From positions 32,364,001 through 32,428,000 of the forward strand of contig OZ024757.1 in NCBI GenBank assembly GCA_964016885.1: 64,000 nt of DNA, written 5' to 3'. Below, in pieces: positions 57,759 to 64,000 of the stretch. A program made the translations under genes and the position numbers. The notes beneath the pieces are model-generated. The model saw nothing but the letters and a program-made list of their open reading frames with translations, had not been told where the DNA came from and made no database searches. Each line of letters opens with the position of its first letter. The stretch's first letter is position 1. Source of the stretch: Eledone cirrhosa. Lineage: Eukaryota.

Positions 57759-59009
57759 TCAGTTAGATAGATAAAATTGGTAAGATAAATAGGATTATTG
57801 TTTTCTCGAGATGGCGTTAAATTAAATTATTTTTCAAACGTAGAAAATTGAAAAATATTGGTTTTATTTGGAAGAAAAACCTTAACCATATGGCAGACAT
57901 TTTTACTGTTGCTTTCGTTACTATTAGTTGTTGTTCGTCTTACTATTGTTGTGGCTTGTTTTTGTCAGTGGTGGCGGCAGAGGTGGTGGTGGTGGTGGGT
58001 TATTGTGGTTGGTGGTGTTGTTCTTGCTGTTGTGGTTTTTGTCAGTGGTGGTGGAGGGCATTGTTGTTGTTATTGGCTGGTTGTTGTTGTTCTTGCTGTT
58101 GTTTTGGCTTGTTTTCCTGTTGTTGTTTGTGCGTGTGTGTGTTTTTTATGGATGTTGTTATTACCTGTCGTTTTTTGTGTTGTTGTGGCTTGTTTTCGTG
58201 GCGGGGTGGTGGTGGTGGTGGTTGTTATTTGTTTTCGTTGTTTGTGTTGTTTTTATTGTTGTTGCGGCTTGATTTTATGGAAGGGGGTTATGGCTTTTAT
58301 TATTTATTTTCGTTGTTTGTCTTATTGTTCTTGTTGTGGCTTGTGGTGGGGGCGGTTATGGCTGATAATATTGGTTTCCGTTGTTTGTTGTTGTTGTTAT
58401 TGTTGTTGTAATTGTTGTTGTTGTAATTGTTGTTGTTGCTGCAGGTTGTTGTTATTGGTTTTGGTGATTATTTTTCAGTTTGTGTTGTTGTTGTGGCATG
58501 TTTTGTGGTTATTTAATAGTTACAGTTAGTGTTGTTATTCGTGTTGTTGTTGCTTTGGCCTGGTTATGTTATTTTTCATGGTTGTTGCTATTGATTTTAG
58601 TATTGTTATTGTTGTTGTTGTGGCTTATTTTCTATTTTTTATGGTTGTTATTGTTGTTGTTTGTGTTGCTGTTGCTGTCGTTATTTATATGTTTTTGGTG
58701 GTTGTTTGGTTGTTGGTATGTTTGTTATTTTTTTTTTCTTTGAAGATGAAAGGAAATGTTCCATTTCTTACCGACATATTGTTATTGTAGCTATGGTAGT
58801 TATAGTATTAGTAATAGTTGATGTTGTTGTTGTTGTTGTCGTCGTCATGTTTTTCAAGTCTAACAGTAAATTTTATTGAGAAAATAAAATATAATAAAAT
58901 ATAATAAAATAAAAGCATTTTACCATTATTACTAGCTACATGTCAATAAACTGGTCTTCGTTATTTGGTGGGCGCCGTCACTCACAGACACAGATGCATA
59001 GATATAAGG

Positions 59010-59075
<66 letters not shown>

Positions 59076-59119
59076 TACACATACGTACATACAAAATTGT
59101 ATGCATATGCATGTATATA

Positions 59120-59181
<62 letters not shown>

Positions 59182-59745
59182 GTATATAAATATATATGTG
59201 ATGGGTGTATATGTTTGTATATATATATAAATACACACACACATGCACACACATACATATATATATATAGAGAGAGAGAGAATACCGAATGCTATATTAA
59301 TTGAGTGTCATTTTTGACACTTGTTGCCTTCCGATTTACATCGCGACACACACACATACATATATATATATCTATCGGCTGAACTACTACCTTGTATGTG
59401 TATGCGTATTTATCAATGCCTATATGTATATATATATATGTAAATAAAAAGGAAACCTTACATTTCTGAAATGAAAATGATACAAACTCGTACCGACATA
59501 TTTCGTCTTGCTGTTTATTTAATTTAACACAGAACGTTTATTCTCTACAGAATGCTGATTCCAACTTAATTAAGCAAAGATGTAATAAGTACAGGCATGA
59601 GTGAACCAGCCTAATGAATCATATTCAATGATATTCGATCCCGTACCAATTTTCAATAAAACAGCCTTTTTTTTTATCTCTTGGATACTCCAAAGTCTCT
59701 ATTCTAGGAGGGCTTTACCGTAACTATAATGACACTCCATCTTTC

Positions 59746-60840
59746 AAAACACAATCTCAGATCAAGTCATTTGCCTGTTAAGTTCAACTGTGGCTAATAT
59801 CACTCTCCAGCGATCTAATTACTTTAGTTTCAATACACAATCTCAGATCAAGTCACTTGCCCGTTAAGTTCAACTGTGGCTCACTCTCCAGCGATCTAAT
59901 TACTTTAGTTTCAATACACAATCTCAGATCAAGTCACTTGCCTGTTAAGTTCAACTGTGGCTCACTCTCCAGCAATCTAATTACTTTAGTTTCAATACAC
60001 AATCTCAGATCAAGTCACTTGCCTGTTAAATTCAACTGTGGCTCACTCTCCAGCGATCTAATTACTTTAGTTTCAATACACAATCTCAGATCAAGTCACT
60101 TGCCTGTTAAGTTCAACTGTGGCTCACTCTCCAGCAATCTAATTACTTTAGTTTCAATACACAATCTCAGATCAAGTCACTTGCCTGTTAAGTTCAACTG
60201 TGGCTCACTCTCCAGCGATCTAATTACTTTAGTTTCAATACACAATCTCAGATCAAGTCATTTGCCTGTTAAGTTCAACTGTGGCTCACTCTCCAGCAAT
60301 CTAATTACTTTAGTTTCAATACACAATCTCAGATCAAGTCACTTGCCTGTTAAGTTCAACTGTGGCTCACTCTCCAGCGATCTAATTACTTTAGTTTCAA
60401 TACACAATCTCAGATCAAGTCATTTGCCTGTTAAGTTCAACTGTGGCTCACTCTCCAGCGATCTAATTACTTTAGTTTCAATACACAATCTCAGATCAAG
60501 TCATTTGCCTGTTAAGTTCAACTGTGGCTCACTCTCCAGCGATCTAATTACTTTAGTTTCAATACACAATCTCAGATCAAGTCATTTGCTTGTTAAGTTC
60601 AACTGTGGCTCACTCTCCAGCGATCTAATTACTTTAGTTTCAATACACAATCTCAGATCAAGTCACTTGCCTGTTAAGTTCAACTGTGGCTCACTCTCCA
60701 GCGATCTAATTACTTTAGTTTCAATACACAATCTCAGATCAAGTCACTTGCCTGTTAAGTTCAACTGTGGCTCACTCTCCAGCGATCTAATTACTTTAGT
60801 TTCAATACACAATCTCAGATCAAGTCACTTGCCTGTTGAA
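59746..60840. repeat. 81-bp minisatellite, about 13.5 homogeneous copies, degenerate tail to about 61120
   Basis: Unit gives the 27-aa repeat PVKFNCGSLSSDLITLVSIHNLRSSHL in ORF 59857-60855. Confidence 0.97.
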
Positions 60841-61331
60841 TTAAACTGTAGCTAAAATGACTTTTCCATGATGTAATTGCTTTAGTTTCAATACACAAAC
60901 TTAGATCAAGTAACTTGAATAAGTTCAACTGTGGCTAATATGACTCAGATCGAGTCACTTGCCTGTTGAATTAAACTGCAGCTAAAATGACTCTTTCATG
61001 ATGTAATTGCTTTAGTTTCAACACACGGTCACAGATCAGGTCACTTGCTAAACAAATGAATAATATGACTCTTCCATGATGTAATTGCTTTAGTTTCAAT
61101 ACACGGCCTCAGATCAAGTTACTTTCCCCATAAGTACACGTCTGAAATGCAGCAATAACATAACAACGACAAACAGTAACAACATATTGTAACAATGTTA
61201 CATAAATAGCAACAATATAACATATTAAATAACTACATTAGCATATCATATTATTATAAAGTAGCTGTGGATTGACCAAAGCAGTGGCAGTCAAATTTTG
61301 TTGTTGAAAACTAATATATATATATATATAC

Positions 61332-61396
<65 letters not shown>

Positions 61397-61397
61397 C

Positions 61398-61489
<92 letters not shown>

Positions 61490-61752
61490 TTTAATATATC
61501 TACTAACATAAGCGTACAGATGTACGCTAATGCCAGCAAATACACAGGTTATGTCATAGTACCTAGGTGGTTCAATGCAGGAGAATGCAGAACAATAATA
61601 TAAAAGACGTAAAATAAGAAAATTAAAAAAAAAAAAAAATTTTTTTTTTAAATTAACCTACTTAATATTCACACATATATATATATATATATATATATAC
61701 GTATGTATATATATATATATGAATATATATATATACGAATCTATATATATGC

Positions 61753-61783
<31 letters not shown>

Positions 61784-61789
61784 TGTATG

Positions 61790-61824
<35 letters not shown>

Positions 61825-62359
61825 ATAATATATTGGCTCTTAATTCGTTTCTCTTCTTAAGTTGAATGGTTTGGTCCATTCACACCACCATGGGCTATAT
61901 AACGACCGTGTCATCTCTCTACACCATGTGCGTCTTTTTTGTTACCTGCTATATTTTTAGAAGTGCGGACCATATTGTAGTCCACCTGTTGACGAGCCCG
62001 TTACTATATGTAATCTTCACTTTTTGTTAGCAAAACATTCTCTAATTTGAGCATCCAGGTGTAATAGTTATTATTGGATAGTTAGTACATTTTATTTTAT
62101 TCCTGTAATTAATCTATATTCGCCTTTCCTTTCGTAGACAACATTTTCATCACTCTGGTAGTTTATTATCCCCAATGATTAAACACATACCTCTCTGTGT
62201 ACTTCTCTCTATATACTGATTTATAGAGAGCCCGGAATCTATTCCTCGAGCTCATTAAATTATAGGGTGTTAATGTCTTTAACTCGTTTTTTAATTTTAT
62301 ATATACATATATATATATATATATACGTGTATACATATGTATATATATATATATATACG

Positions 62360-62398
<39 letters not shown>

Positions 62399-62399
62399 G

Positions 62400-62510
<111 letters not shown>

Positions 62511-62595
62511 TATATATATATATATTATATATATACATATATATATATACATATATATATATACATATATATATATACATATATATATATATTAT

Positions 62596-62665
<70 letters not shown>

Positions 62666-62674
62666 TATATATAT

Positions 62675-62737
<63 letters not shown>

Positions 62738-62762
62738 ATATATATATATATATATAATATAT

Positions 62763-62834
<72 letters not shown>

Positions 62835-62892
62835 TATATATATATATTATATTTATATACAGATATATATATATTATATATATACAGATATA

Positions 62893-62923
<31 letters not shown>

Positions 62924-62962
62924 CTTATATTTAGATGAATATGTATATATATATATATCCTC

Positions 62963-63012
<50 letters not shown>

Positions 63013-63185
63013 TTTTAAAACGGGTGTATAGGGGCGGAATATGATGTGGGCTAGGGGTGGGAGCACTGTAATATTCTATGTTGTTTAAATTGCCGGAGGG
63101 TTCGCAACAGGACTAGACTTAATAAACAGTTCATCAAAGGGCCTCTGCAAATTTAGTATTAATTTTATTATCATTTTTATTATTA

Positions 63186-63219
<34 letters not shown>

Positions 63220-63770
63220 CAATGAAGGCATAACAAATTCATACATAAATAAACAAATACACGAATAAATAAATAGATAAATAAATAAACAAATAAATTA
63301 AGCGTTTATAAGGAAACAGACCCTTATATTCAGAATATTTTATTTCCTCGTTACCGTTTCAGTGTGAATATTATAAGGTTATAATGTTTTCCTGTACAAT
63401 GTTCTGATACGCCATTTTGTTGGGGGATTAATGGGGTGAAAGAGGGATTTTTTTAAGGGACATGGTGGCAAGAGAGGATTTTTATTTTTTTGCGATTTTT
63501 CAGTGCGGTTTCAGACTGAATTTATTTCGATTCCCACCCGCCTAACCCCGCACCCGGCGGCAAGCTGTGTTTCCATATATTATATGTAACTTCACAAGGA
63601 AAGTAATACAGGAGTTATTAACACACACGTACGAAGGAAGGAATTCTTTTATTTATTTTTTTCTTTTGATTTTCAGATCTTTTAATAGCAAAGGTGGCTT
63701 TTTTGTTTTGTTAGTAGCAATAACCTAATACCACACTCCTCCACACCTACACCCACCCCCTGTGGCAGAG

Positions 63771-63835
63771 AAAATAAAATAAAATAAAATAAAATAAAAT
63801 AAAATAAAATAAAATAAAATAAAATAAAATAAAAA
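63771..63835. repeat. (AAAAT)n pentanucleotide microsatellite
   Basis: Directly visible. Confidence 0.98.
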
Positions 63836-64000
63836 CTATGCGATCTAACTTCCATTTTGTTTGATAATGTTATGGAAAATTCTGGTTAACCTTTTTACTC
63901 AACATTCTTTAGAATAAAAGAATAAATAAATACTCCGGTTAGAAACCCAGCTGAATTCCTTTTCGCATAAAGAAACCATTGTTACAAGCCCTAGTCTATT

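Noticed and set aside
59857-60855. 332-aa protein with 27-aa Cys/His-containing repeats
   Set aside because: No true ATG start, no zinc-finger or LRR spacing, and near-identical DNA units; treated as a minisatellite.

Overview
Eukaryotic, extremely repeat-rich non-coding DNA with no recognisable host gene and one 200-N scaffold gap (3599-3798). The SINEs resemble, from memory, the octopus OK and OR families, so an octopod cephalopod is the likely source (inference). The window holds (TA)n, (CA)n, (GA)n and trinucleotide microsatellites, several minisatellites, dozens of tRNA-derived SINE copies, decayed RTE, CR1 and CRE-type LINE fragments, and mariner-, piggyBac- and hAT-like MITEs. Almost all long ORFs in the track are microsatellite artefacts. 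The main hidden signal is in the short 'unique' islands between (TA)n tracts. They fall into at least 8 sequence families that carry complete or partial minimal type I hammerhead ribozymes (stem I - CUGANGA - stem II - GAAA - often palindromic stem/loop III - UH - stem I). I count roughly 20 complete or near-complete motifs plus half-motifs. They show covarying stems and recurrent non-canonical features (U.U at the base of stem II, a CAGAAGA core, a C.C mismatch in stem II), and many sit in fold-back inverted repeats. This architecture fits pseudo-LTR remnants or non-autonomous derivatives of Penelope-like retroelements targeting TA microsatellites. All folding was done by eye and self-cleavage is untested.
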